A model generated the notes under the pieces. The model did not search any database. It saw nothing but the letters and a program-made list of their open reading frames with translations, and was not told where the DNA came from. This document shows positions 10,105 through 18,352 of a stretch of DNA of 64,000 nucleotides, in pieces; position 1 is the first letter of the stretch; each line of letters opens with the position of its first letter. The stretch is from a virus: IMG/VR virus record IMGVR_UViG_3300002925_000021, positions 15,884 to 79,883 of that record; one strand, 5' to 3'. The translations under genes and the position numbers were made by a program.

Positions 10105-10290
10105 ATGGAGATCAAAATTCAATACTGGGGTCTGATCGAGGTTGTCACGTTGCGCAAAGGCCGCCCCTGCTACCGGTGGGTGCCCGGTTACGTTGTTGTC
10201 GTTAATGGGCGAACCTGGGTACCGCCGCTGCGACGACGGGATGCCTACGCGTTAGTACGTAATCTCCGCGACGAACTCAAGCGTTCTTGA
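10105..10290 (+). CDS. Small hypothetical protein, GC-rich
   Basis: 61 aa ORF with GGAG upstream; visibly higher GC than its flanks. Confidence 0.45.
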   Translation: MEIKIQYWGLIEVVTLRKGRPCYRWVPGYVVVVNGRTWVPPLRRRDAYALVRNLRDELKRS

Positions 10291-10794
10291 CATCCCCAGC
10301 CAAAACTGGAACACCTTCCCCGGTACTCAACCAGTTAATATAAACGAACTCAGAAGAATTATATACAATTCTCGAGTTCTCGATCATTAGAACGTTTAAC
10401 AACAACTGGACAATCAGTTGCCGTTTGCCTCTTGGACTTCCGTAAAACCCTTATAGAGCTTCAAGTCAATAGATACGGCCAGAAGGTCGTCCTGAATCTC
10501 CAAACGCTTTCTGGAGGCTTTTAGAGCGTCCTAGAGGGTGTTCTAGGAAGGTTCTGAAATATTGACTGTAGCCCAGAACGCCACTGGAATCACCGGCCTG
10601 AAGACTTGGGAAGAAGTAAATTTTGTGGTTTCTCATGTACCGCGCGGCAGCGATCCGCTGCGGCACGTCCCAGAGGGCGAACTCAGGCCTCTTTGAACAA
10701 TCGAGGCAGTTGAACGATGCCGGGTTGACTGTCGGAGAACTCCTGGTTAGATGAAAGGTATTTTCAGGAGAAGAAGAAAAGGATAAAGAAACCA

Positions 10795-11325
10795 ATGGAC
10801 ATCAACATAAACACCAACGAGAACATTCGTGATTGGGTTCTGGAACAGACGGATGCCCGGAATGTGCTTCGATCGATCACAAAGCAGTCTCTCCGGCTGG
10901 GGGTGTTTCTTGCTTGCAAGGTGGCGCGAGAGGCCCTTCGGTTCTTGCCCGAGGGCGAGGGAAGACCACTCCAGGCGATCGAGGCCGCAGAACGATGGGT
11001 TCGCGGCGCGGCGACGGATGAGGAGTGCGAACGCACTGCCACCGCCGCCTTCGCCGCAGCCAACGCTGCCTCTACAACCGCATATGCAGCCGCATCCTAC
11101 GCTGCCTTCGCCGCCTCCTACGCTGCCTTCGCCCACACCTACGAAGCCGCCGCCAACTACGCTGCCTTCGCCGCTTCAGACGCTGCTAACGCCGCAGCCA
11201 ACGCCGTAGCCGACGCCAACACCCCCGTTTGGAAGAAGGTTCGCAGTGAAGAACTCCGACGCCTCTGCAGTGTGATCGCAAACGATATGTTCACGGGCCG
11301 GACCGCTGAAGTCCTGAAGGCCTAA
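10795..11325 (+). CDS. Imm5-like helical protein with Ala-rich repeat
   Basis: FLACKVAREAL...RPLQAIEAAERWVRG followed by AAFAA/AAYAA/AANAA repeats. Confidence 0.7.
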   Translation: MDININTNENIRDWVLEQTDARNVLRSITKQSLRLGVFLACKVAREALRFLPEGEGRPLQAIEAAERWVRGAATDEECERTATAAFAAANAASTTAYAAASYAAFAASYAAFAHTYEAAANYAAFAASDAANAAANAVADANTPVWKKVRSEELRRLCSVIANDMFTGRTAEVLKA

Positions 11326-11344
11326 AAGGCTAAGCCGGGTTGCC

Positions 11345-11564
11345 ATGGGGTGCGGCAAGTCCTGCCGTTTAGGACTGGGCAGAATAGCCATGACGGCGCT
11401 GCCTTCCTCGAATACTTCTGCCGCCTCGAACGAGGCGGACCGGAAGTAACGCCAGCGGTGATACGAACAACCATTGGGCACTCGGCCAAGGAAACCGCAG
11501 AAGCGACTCAGGGCAATGTTGAACCGCCCAGGAACGATGGCCTTTGGGCCGGGGTGAATGTAAT
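11345..11564 (+). mobile_element. ORF-less IS200/IS605-type mini element (long form, 220 nt)
   Basis: TTGCC|LE hairpin ggcaagtcctgccgtttaggactgggc; core gaatacttctgccgcct..aggcgg shared with 51599-51762; RE ggcctttgggccggggtgaatgtaat. Confidence 0.75.
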
Positions 11565-11687
11565 TTGCGATGTTCTTCCAAGAGGTATAATGGCAGGGGT
11601 GGTTAGGATTCTAGGGTGGACCAGGGGTCCAAGTGTTTCAGGGTTGAAGTGCAAAAGCACTGAAAATAACTTGGAATGGCCCAATTC

Positions 11688-12038
11688 CTAATGATTCTGG
11701 CCGGTAGTTTCATCATTCTTCTTGGAAGGGTTTCTTCTCTTGGGGGGAGATAGTTCGACAGGTTCTTCAACGACTTCCACTTCGGTTGGTTCTCCAGTGA
11801 ACGGCTGGGAATTTTGAATAGTCTCAAAGTTTACAGTGGGAAGAGCTTCGCCACGTTGAATCAGTTCCGGGTCAAGGAAGAACTCCCCTGCCTTTTCGAT
11901 TCGAGAACGAACAGCCTGGAATTCTTCTTTGAATCTAATGCCCTCTTGTTCGCACCAGCGTTCAAAAGATACTCTTCGGCGGGTTAAAAGGTGCAAAAGG
12001 GAAGTGGGGCCTGTGTTTGCTCTGCCGTCATGGTTCAT
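11688..12038 (-). CDS. Hypothetical protein
   Basis: ORF from MNHDG, overlaps the stop of the previous gene. Confidence 0.6.
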   Translation of the reverse strand: MNHDGRANTGPTSLLHLLTRRRVSFERWCEQEGIRFKEEFQAVRSRIEKAGEFFLDPELIQRGEALPTVNFETIQNSQPFTGEPTEVEVVEEPVELSPPKRRNPSKKNDETTGQNH

Positions 12039-12333
12039 TGCGCTTTTCCTTCTCAATTTCGCTATAAGCTTCAAAGAGCACATCAGAAAGAGCTTCGTGG
12101 ACCTGTTGGTCCTTGAGAATTTTATTAACTTGTTCCTCGTTGATCAAGGCACCTAATTCCTCTGAAACGTTTCTAAATAGACGGCCAAGGGAATTCAGGA
12201 AAACATTGCGCGCGGTAGCATGGTTCATCTGGTAGCCAGCAGCAGACATGATCTTGGCAATTTTTCGGAAGTCTGTGCCTTCTTCGAGTGTTACGTACTT
12301 GTTAGCCCCTTTGTCATCAGGTCTATTAGCCAT
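12028..12333 (-). CDS. HTH protein resembling sigma region 4.2
   Basis: GTDFRKIAKIMSAAGYQMNHATARNVFLNSLGRL; ATG overlaps the sigma gene stop (ATGGCTAA). Confidence 0.6.
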   Translation of the reverse strand: MANRPDDKGANKYVTLEEGTDFRKIAKIMSAAGYQMNHATARNVFLNSLGRLFRNVSEELGALINEEQVNKILKDQQVHEALSDVLFEAYSEIEKEKRNEP

Positions 12334-13141
12334 TGAGTTCTTCTCCAGTTTTGACAGCCGGAACAGTCTGAATAACATCATAACGAAGAAAGATGATATT
12401 TCTTTCCCTTGCTGAGAGTTTCAGCAAAGCTCTCTTCACAACCTCCACCAAGGTGCGATAATCTGACAGGGTATCACTACCGTCTGATTCGTCTACAAGC
12501 AATTCCTTAATGGTTAGGCCGGTAGAATTGCCTTTGTTTTGTTGTGCTGGGACCACTGTCTCCATAGAAGAAATCCACCTGGACTTGAGAGAGTGGTTGA
12601 TGCTATTTAGCATTTTCTCAGAAACCCCAAACTTAGAAGCATTACCTTCGGACAAATCCTCGAAACTGAGTTTCTTCTCCTTCATGGTCTTCAGAAGCTT
12701 GTTCTGGGCTGTTCGAATGTGAGACGGTACATGAAGTTGTGGATCCACGGAAAGCAAGTAACTGTTAATTGCGTGACGGATCCACCAAGTGGCGTAGGTG
12801 CTGAACTTAAAACCTCGATGAGGATCGAACTTCTCAACAGCCGACAACAGACCGAAAGATCCCTCTTGGAGAAGATCTTCTCGTATCTGTTGATGTTCCT
12901 TCTTCTTCGAATAGAACTTGTTCACCACAAAGGTCACCAATTTACAGTTTCTATTGGCAAGAATATTTCGTAACTCTTTGTCCTGTTTCACCAGTTTCCC
13001 CTTTTCATCCATTTCTTTTGTATGGAAATACTGGTAGAAGAGCTTCATATCCTCATCACGATCATCAAGGTTCTTTGACAAAGCACTAGCTTCCGCTGGT
13101 GTTATCGCTAGTGTCACTGCTTGATGTTGTTGTTTTCCCAT
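12326..13141 (-). CDS. Sigma70-family RNA polymerase sigma factor lacking region 4.2
   Basis: Region 2: EDLLQEG..GLL.AVEKFDPHRGFKFSTYATWWIRHAI; ends shortly after the region 4.1 start LSARERNIIFLRY. Confidence 0.9.
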   Translation of the reverse strand: MGKQQHQAVTLAITPAEASALSKNLDDRDEDMKLFYQYFHTKEMDEKGKLVKQDKELRNILANRNCKLVTFVVNKFYSKKKEHQQIREDLLQEGSFGLLSAVEKFDPHRGFKFSTYATWWIRHAINSYLLSVDPQLHVPSHIRTAQNKLLKTMKEKKLSFEDLSEGNASKFGVSEKMLNSINHSLKSRWISSMETVVPAQQNKGNSTGLTIKELLVDESDGSDTLSDYRTLVEVVKRALLKLSARERNIIFLRYDVIQTVPAVKTGEELNG

Positions 13142-13598
13142 ACTTACTTTCCCTGCCCTTTCGAGATTTTACCGCCCAGTTCATGTAGGTCGCAAGGCAC
13201 TCTGCCCGGATCTTCTCGAACTTGATCTTGTTTATCCTGAGACCCAGGCTCTTAGCTATCTTCTTCCCCACTTCCCAGGCTTCGATCTCCTCTTGTACCT
13301 TAGCAATCTTGTATGTGACCGTCGCATACCTCAAAGGACTCCGAACCAACTCTGGATACCTGTCTTGATAAGTGACATCACACTCTAACATCCAAGCATG
13401 GCCGATTTCATGCAAAAAGACGTAATAGAGAATTTCAAGCTTTCGTTTTGCGAACAGGGTTACCACCTTATTGTGGTAACGGCTATTCTTCTTGTTTGAA
13501 AACACTACCGTCCAAGAATGCCGAGAACAAAATTCGATCAACCTATCAATGTTCTCCTGAACTTCCTCTCGATCAAGTTCAACATGGAAGAATGACAT
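13086..13598 (-). CDS. HExxH metallopeptidase-like (ImmA/IrrE-like) protein
   Basis: FLHEIGHA and downstream EEIEAW. Confidence 0.7.
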   Translation of the reverse strand: MSFFHVELDREEVQENIDRLIEFCSRHSWTVVFSNKKNSRYHNKVVTLFAKRKLEILYYVFLHEIGHAWMLECDVTYQDRYPELVRSPLRYATVTYKIAKVQEEIEAWEVGKKIAKSLGLRINKIKFEKIRAECLATYMNWAVKSRKGRESKYGKTTTSSSDTSDNTSGS

Positions 13599-13909
13599 GC
13601 GAATGACCTCAAACCCTGCAAACCCTATGACCTAAACGGATAGGAATAACTTACCATACGCAAATTGTCAATTGAACCAAGTTCCACCCCGAAAGCTGTA
13701 CCCTTACCCCTAATATTCCCTTCAAACTTAACACACTTCTCTATCATCCCCTTTTTCAAGTTATTACTACCACACAGGTGAATTCCACTCATTCTCACCC
13801 ACATTCCCGCTAACCAACAATACCATTTCGAAACTTCTATCTTTTTTATTTCTTTCTACCCCCTTTCTTTTCTCTTATATCTTACCTCTTAACTCTTAAA
13901 CTTTAACAT

Positions 13910-13967
13910 TAACCTTATCTCTTAACCTTATCTCTTAACCTTATCTCTTAACCTTAACCTTATCTCT
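13910..13967 (+). repeat. 13-bp tandem repeat (TAACCTTATCTCT x3, partial copy, x1) in a pyrimidine-rich non-coding tract
   Basis: Copies at 13910, 13923, 13936 and 13955 within ~500 nt of non-coding DNA between divergent gene blocks. Confidence 0.9.
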
Positions 13968-14112
13968 CTTTTTCCCTCCCTTTCTTGGTAGTGTTCCACC
14001 ACTGGGGTAGAAACCAGTTCCTCAGTTAAAAAGTTGGGTTTTCTTCTAAAGAAGGTTCCTATACATCATTCCCGCAAAACCCACATAATTCTAATCGAAA
14101 GTAGGTTACATC

Positions 14113-14397
14113 GTGGGTAGAAAACGAACAGAAGAAGAGACAGGTGTTGACAGGATGCCTTCTAGCATCACGGAACTTGAACCAGTGATCAAGGAATTCG
14201 TAGAAAAGCTAAGGACAATTAAGACCGAGCAGGAAATTCTCAAGCAAGACGAGAGGGAATTGATTGAGGAGTACAGCGCGAAGCTCGACATGAAGACTTT
14301 GAAGGCTGCCATGAAGGTGGTAGCGGTCCGAGAAAAGGTGGACCGCAAGGACACCTTTGACACATTGGTGGAAGTCCTGGAGAGGATTGGAGAGTGA
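14113..14397 (+). CDS. Small dsDNA-binding protein (GapR/T4 DsbA-like)
   Basis: Helical pattern IKEFVEKL..IK.E...LK.D..ELIEEY...LD.K.LK. Confidence 0.55.
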   Translation: MGRKRTEEETGVDRMPSSITELEPVIKEFVEKLRTIKTEQEILKQDERELIEEYSAKLDMKTLKAAMKVVAVREKVDRKDTFDTLVEVLERIGE

Positions 14398-14398
14398 A

Positions 14399-14791
14399 AT
14401 GGCCTCTTTGCATGAGAAGTACGAAATTCCAGAGATTCTGTATGATGAACCCATGCCGGGGCAGCAACCCAATCCTTTCCCGTTTATCAACGTGAAGAAG
14501 GAGGGGAAGATGCCGCCCGTGCTTTTCATTGAAGAAAGGAAGAACACGGGGGAAATTGAACCAGGTTCCGATGGACGTCCGCAAGAGATTGTGGACTGTT
14601 TGATGCACAAGTACGTAGACCTGGAGGTATTGAAGGAGAAGCTGCCGCCCCACTTGAATGACATTGTACGAGTTGCGTTAGGGATGAAGCCTCTTAGGGA
14701 AGCGCAAGAATCCGGTCAAGCGATCTTGGACAAAGCACGTAAAAACGTTGAGAAGATACTGGAAACAAAGAAAACAAAAAAGGGCAAGTGA
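14399..14791 (+). CDS. Hypothetical protein
   Basis: ORF from MASLHEK, tightly packed operon. Confidence 0.65.
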   Translation: MASLHEKYEIPEILYDEPMPGQQPNPFPFINVKKEGKMPPVLFIEERKNTGEIEPGSDGRPQEIVDCLMHKYVDLEVLKEKLPPHLNDIVRVALGMKPLREAQESGQAILDKARKNVEKILETKKTKKGK

Positions 14792-14794
14792 CAC

Positions 14795-14998
14795 ATGCGT
14801 TTACACATTTCGGTTGTTAACAAACTTCTTGAATTGGTACAGAATTACGGTGGTCATGAACATGACCACAAGCTTCGGGCAAAATTCACTGAATTGGATC
14901 TAACCCCATACGAACGGCAGAGCACTCAAAACCAAGAAGTAATCTTGGTGCTTACAGAGGATTACGTGAAACAACTCTCCGGTAACGCTGGGAGATGA
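14795..14998 (+). CDS. Hypothetical protein
   Basis: 67 aa ORF filling the operon gap. Confidence 0.55.
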   Translation: MRLHISVVNKLLELVQNYGGHEHDHKLRAKFTELDLTPYERQSTQNQEVILVLTEDYVKQLSGNAGR

Positions 14999-15004
14999 TG
15001 ACAA

Positions 15005-15658
15005 ATGGCAGCACAACAACAGACCCATTTCAATATCGGACAGATTATCTATATTCTGTCCAACAAGTCCCAGTCTGTTGTTCCGGCCATTGTAGCAGAA
15101 GAGGATTTTCGGAAGGTTAGAAAGCTGGATGGAGTTCACGAGGTTGTGAACTATAAGCTTTGCATTGGTCCTAAGGAACGGCAGAAAGTTGTTAGCCTTT
15201 CTCAGATTGATGGGGAGGTATATACGTCTCTCGAAGACATTAGGGTGCATTTGATGCAAAGGCTTACTGCTTTTGTGGATGATTTGGTCAATACCACCAT
15301 TGGTAATACGCAGAAGTGGTATGGTGTGACAGCTAACAACCAAGTCCTGGAGGCTGTCCCAGGCGAAGCTGGTTCGGGGGTCAAATTGGATCCTGGCGAC
15401 ATCATCCATGCAGTGAACAATGACATTCCACTTCCCAACGGACAACAACATCCCCTTCAGCTTAATGGTGGGGCACAGTCCCCGCAACCGCAAGGACTAA
15501 ACCCCCATGCGTCTATGCGTGACAATATCCGAGCTATGGTAACGCCAGAAGAAAAAGAAGATGAAGACCCAATGCAGGGACTTGCCTTGAACCAAGGCAC
15601 ACAACAGCAATACGTGATTTTGCCCGATGGAACGAGGGCAGCTCTACGACAAGGATAA
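15005..15658 (+). CDS. Hypothetical protein
   Basis: 217 aa ORF immediately before groEL. Confidence 0.7.
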   Translation: MAAQQQTHFNIGQIIYILSNKSQSVVPAIVAEEDFRKVRKLDGVHEVVNYKLCIGPKERQKVVSLSQIDGEVYTSLEDIRVHLMQRLTAFVDDLVNTTIGNTQKWYGVTANNQVLEAVPGEAGSGVKLDPGDIIHAVNNDIPLPNGQQHPLQLNGGAQSPQPQGLNPHASMRDNIRAMVTPEEKEDEDPMQGLALNQGTQQQYVILPDGTRAALRQG

Positions 15659-15659
15659 C

Positions 15660-17396
15660 ATGAATAAATTTGCAACTCAAGCCCTGATGGCAGCGTCCCA
15701 GGGGATCAAACAAAAGGTTGTTTTTGAGAATGAGGCTCATGCAGGGCTCCTTGAGGGGGCCTCTATTCTGGCAAAAGCTGTTGGGTCCACTATGGGACCA
15801 TCAGGTCACAATGTGATCATTGACGGGACGGTAGGGGCACCGATTATCACTAAGGACGGTGTAACCGTTGCCAAAGCCATCAACCTTAAGGAACGGTTAC
15901 CTTCAATGGGCGCTGAACTTCTAAAGGAAGTTGCCAGCAAGACTAATGAACTTGCTGGTGATGGAACGACCACAGCTACTGTATTGGCTCATGCGATGCT
16001 CAAAGAGGGGATCAAGATGGTGTCCTCTGGGCGAAATGCTATCTATGTCAAGAAGGGGATGGATTTGGCAACCGAAAAGGTTATTGCCAAGCTGAAAGAG
16101 GATTGCATTCCTGTTCGAAATTCGCAAGACATTGTGAATGTTGGAACAATTTCGGCAAATGGTGATGTTCAGATTGGAGAGCTTCTATCGGAGGCTATCA
16201 AGCGTGTTGGACAGGACGGAATCATCACCATTGAACCAGGTAAGTCCACCCAGACGGTCTTGGAGGTTGTTGAAGGGATGCAGTTTGATGGTGGATACCT
16301 TTCTCCCTATTTCGTGACCAACTCCGAAAAGAACACCGTAGAACTGGAGAGGCCTTTCATTCTTCTTACTTCTCGGAAGATTTCTTCTTTGGCTGATTTC
16401 ATTCCAATTTTGGAAAAGGTGGCCAATACGAATAGCCCACTCCTGGTGGTTGCGGATGAAGTTGAAGGGGAAGCACTTCACACTCTGATTGTCAATAAAC
16501 TCAAGGGAACACTGGCTTGTTGTGCGGTGAAGGCACCTTCTTATGGTGAGAACCGAACAGACATCCTGAATGACATCGCTTGTGTCGTTGGGGGAATCGT
16601 TCTCGACTCTTCCAGCGGATCAGCTTTGAAGAGCCTGGAACTGGAAGATCTTGGGGTGGCAAAGAAGGTTATTGTCACTCGAACGAACACGACCATTGTT
16701 GGAGAACCAAATGACGAACGAAAGCAACTCATCGAGGAGAGAGTCCAGGGGCTCAAAACTGTACTGTCTTCTGACAGTTCTTTGGATGAGCTGCACATTG
16801 ACCGTTACCGGAAGCGTTTGGCAAAGCTTGCCGGGGGCGTTGCTGTGGTCAAAGTTGGCGGTTCTACAGAAGTTGAAATCCTTGAGAAGAAGGACCGAGT
16901 AGAAGACGCTCTGAATGCTACCATAGCGGCTGCCCAAGAGGGGATTGTTCCTGGTGGTGGGTGCGCCCTGTTCTATGCCCAGAAAGCCGTAGAAGAGGAA
17001 CTAAACGGCCAAGAATTGAGTCTTTCAGAAGATGAGTGGGCAGGAGTCCAGGTAATTCTAAATGCCTGTAAGGCCCCTCTTCAGACTATTGTTCGTAATA
17101 CTGGTAAATCACCTGAAGTGGTTATGGACAAGTTGTCCTTGGCATTTGATGACAAAAAGCAAAAAGTTTCAACCGACTGCCAAAAGGAAGTTATCCCAGA
17201 ACTTCGTTATGGCTATGACGCTGCCAAGGGAACTTACGGTGATTTGGTGGAAAAAGGAATCATTGATCCTGTGAAGGTTACCCGTTTTGCTTTGGAACAT
17301 GCATCTTCTGTGGTTGGACTCATGCTTACCTGCAACAGCGTGGTGTTGAACGAGAATATGTCTTCACTTCAACAGACTGCCGCCAACGAGGAATAA
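15660..17396 (+). CDS. groEL: Chaperonin GroEL (phage-encoded)
   Basis: TMGPSG, ITKDGVTVA, AGDGTTTATVLA, EGMQFD.GY, GIVPGGG, GIIDP.KV.R.AL; no GGM tail. Confidence 0.97.
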   Translation: MNKFATQALMAASQGIKQKVVFENEAHAGLLEGASILAKAVGSTMGPSGHNVIIDGTVGAPIITKDGVTVAKAINLKERLPSMGAELLKEVASKTNELAGDGTTTATVLAHAMLKEGIKMVSSGRNAIYVKKGMDLATEKVIAKLKEDCIPVRNSQDIVNVGTISANGDVQIGELLSEAIKRVGQDGIITIEPGKSTQTVLEVVEGMQFDGGYLSPYFVTNSEKNTVELERPFILLTSRKISSLADFIPILEKVANTNSPLLVVADEVEGEALHTLIVNKLKGTLACCAVKAPSYGENRTDILNDIACVVGGIVLDSSSGSALKSLELEDLGVAKKVIVTRTNTTIVGEPNDERKQLIEERVQGLKTVLSSDSSLDELHIDRYRKRLAKLAGGVAVVKVGGSTEVEILEKKDRVEDALNATIAAAQEGIVPGGGCALFYAQKAVEEELNGQELSLSEDEWAGVQVILNACKAPLQTIVRNTGKSPEVVMDKLSLAFDDKKQKVSTDCQKEVIPELRYGYDAAKGTYGDLVEKGIIDPVKVTRFALEHASSVVGLMLTCNSVVLNENMSSLQQTAANEE

Positions 17397-17409
17397 AAGG
17401 CAAACACAA

Positions 17410-17628
17410 ATGAACGAACAGGAACTTTTACAACAGATAGCAGAACTCATTGAAGAGAACACTAAGATGGTATTGGATACCGACACTATCAAGGTTCTTC
17501 TGCTTGAGGTTCAACGGGAACAACTTAAGGGATTGGTTTATAAAGCCTTCATTACTGTTTCACAAAGACACGAACAAGCTCAGGCGGTTGTGGAACACCC
17601 TTCAGAGTCAGACAAGACTGGAGAATAA
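17410..17628 (+). CDS. Hypothetical protein
   Basis: 72 aa helical ORF after groEL. Confidence 0.55.
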   Translation: MNEQELLQQIAELIEENTKMVLDTDTIKVLLLEVQREQLKGLVYKAFITVSQRHEQAQAVVEHPSESDKTGE

Positions 17629-17632
17629 GAAC

Positions 17633-17974
17633 ATGGCGGTTGGCGACAGAATTGTGGTTGGAGACGGTTCTACCTGGGACAACACAGTCATCGTTTCTGT
17701 ATATGAACCACTGTTGGATTCAAACGGTGAACTTCGCCTGGATCACTTCCAGGCTGCAATGATTCGCCGTCTTGGCGGGGTGAAAGGCGGATCCACCGGA
17801 AACATTGCAGGCCCTTCTATCCTGGTTCACCGTACCCAGCTCTTCGGTGAAGAGAATATCCCAACGTTAGGGGGACTGGATCTTGTCCATCTCTTCCCAA
17901 TCCAGTTGGACCAGTACATGAGATTGGGTTGGCTTCCGGCCAATCACATACGGGTGGTCGGCGGTGAAGTTTGA
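17633..17974 (+). CDS. Hypothetical protein
   Basis: ORF from MAVGDRIVV; no recognisable GroES motif beyond a superficial start. Confidence 0.55.
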   Translation: MAVGDRIVVGDGSTWDNTVIVSVYEPLLDSNGELRLDHFQAAMIRRLGGVKGGSTGNIAGPSILVHRTQLFGEENIPTLGGLDLVHLFPIQLDQYMRLGWLPANHIRVVGGEV

Positions 17975-17975
17975 T

Positions 17976-18020
17976 TCGGTCTCCGGCAAACAGCACCGTT
18001 CAGGCCTGGGAGGATGCCTA
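17976..18020 (+). mobile_element. 45-nt IS200/IS605-type single-hairpin element
   Basis: TTGAT|tcggtctccggcaaacagcaccgttcaggcctgggaggatgccta; the TGA of the upstream gene lies inside the TTGAT. Confidence 0.65.
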
Positions 18021-18044
18021 AATCTTATTCTAGAGTAATTTGGG

Positions 18045-18073
18045 TTGGCAACCAGCGTTGAGTGTTATATAGT
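18045..18073 (+). promoter_or_regulatory. Sigma70-type promoter
   Basis: TTGGCA-N17-TATAGT; predicted start ~18080 coincides with the first base of a long stem. Confidence 0.6.
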
Positions 18074-18079
18074 ATATCT

Positions 18080-18330
18080 GCCGAGGCCATGAGTGGACTT
18101 CCTTCTAATCAAGGCGTTTCTAGTCCACTTGTTCACCTCGGTTTGTAACGTGAAGCAAACTACCTAGAAAAGGTACAGAGTGCCTTGCCGGTTACGTCTA
18201 ATCGGACGAAGGGAACAATAGACGGTCACTGCTTCACGTTTCTTTTCATTCACACTTTCTTAACGACAGGGGAACATGGTCTAATTCATCCTATCTGAGT
18301 AGGAACGGGGTTGCGAGACCACGGGTTCCA
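18080..18330 (+). ncRNA. Candidate structured non-coding RNA, three helical domains
   Basis: Stems ccgagg/cctcgg, agtggact/agtccact, aacgtgaagca/tgcttcacgtt, ggaac/gttcc, tggtc/gacca, cctat/gtagg; no ORF longer than 19 codons noticed. Confidence 0.6.
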
Positions 18331-18352
18331 GAAATAGAATCAACCTGACTGT

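Noticed and set aside
10287-10325. Minus-strand sequence ending GGGGATGTCAA, a possible ninth IS right end
   Set aside because: No matching left end, target motif or core blocks found upstream; the hairpin is atypical.
13910-13967. 13-mer repeats as a CRISPR or guide array
   Set aside because: The repeats are contiguous with no spacers, and there are no cas-like genes.
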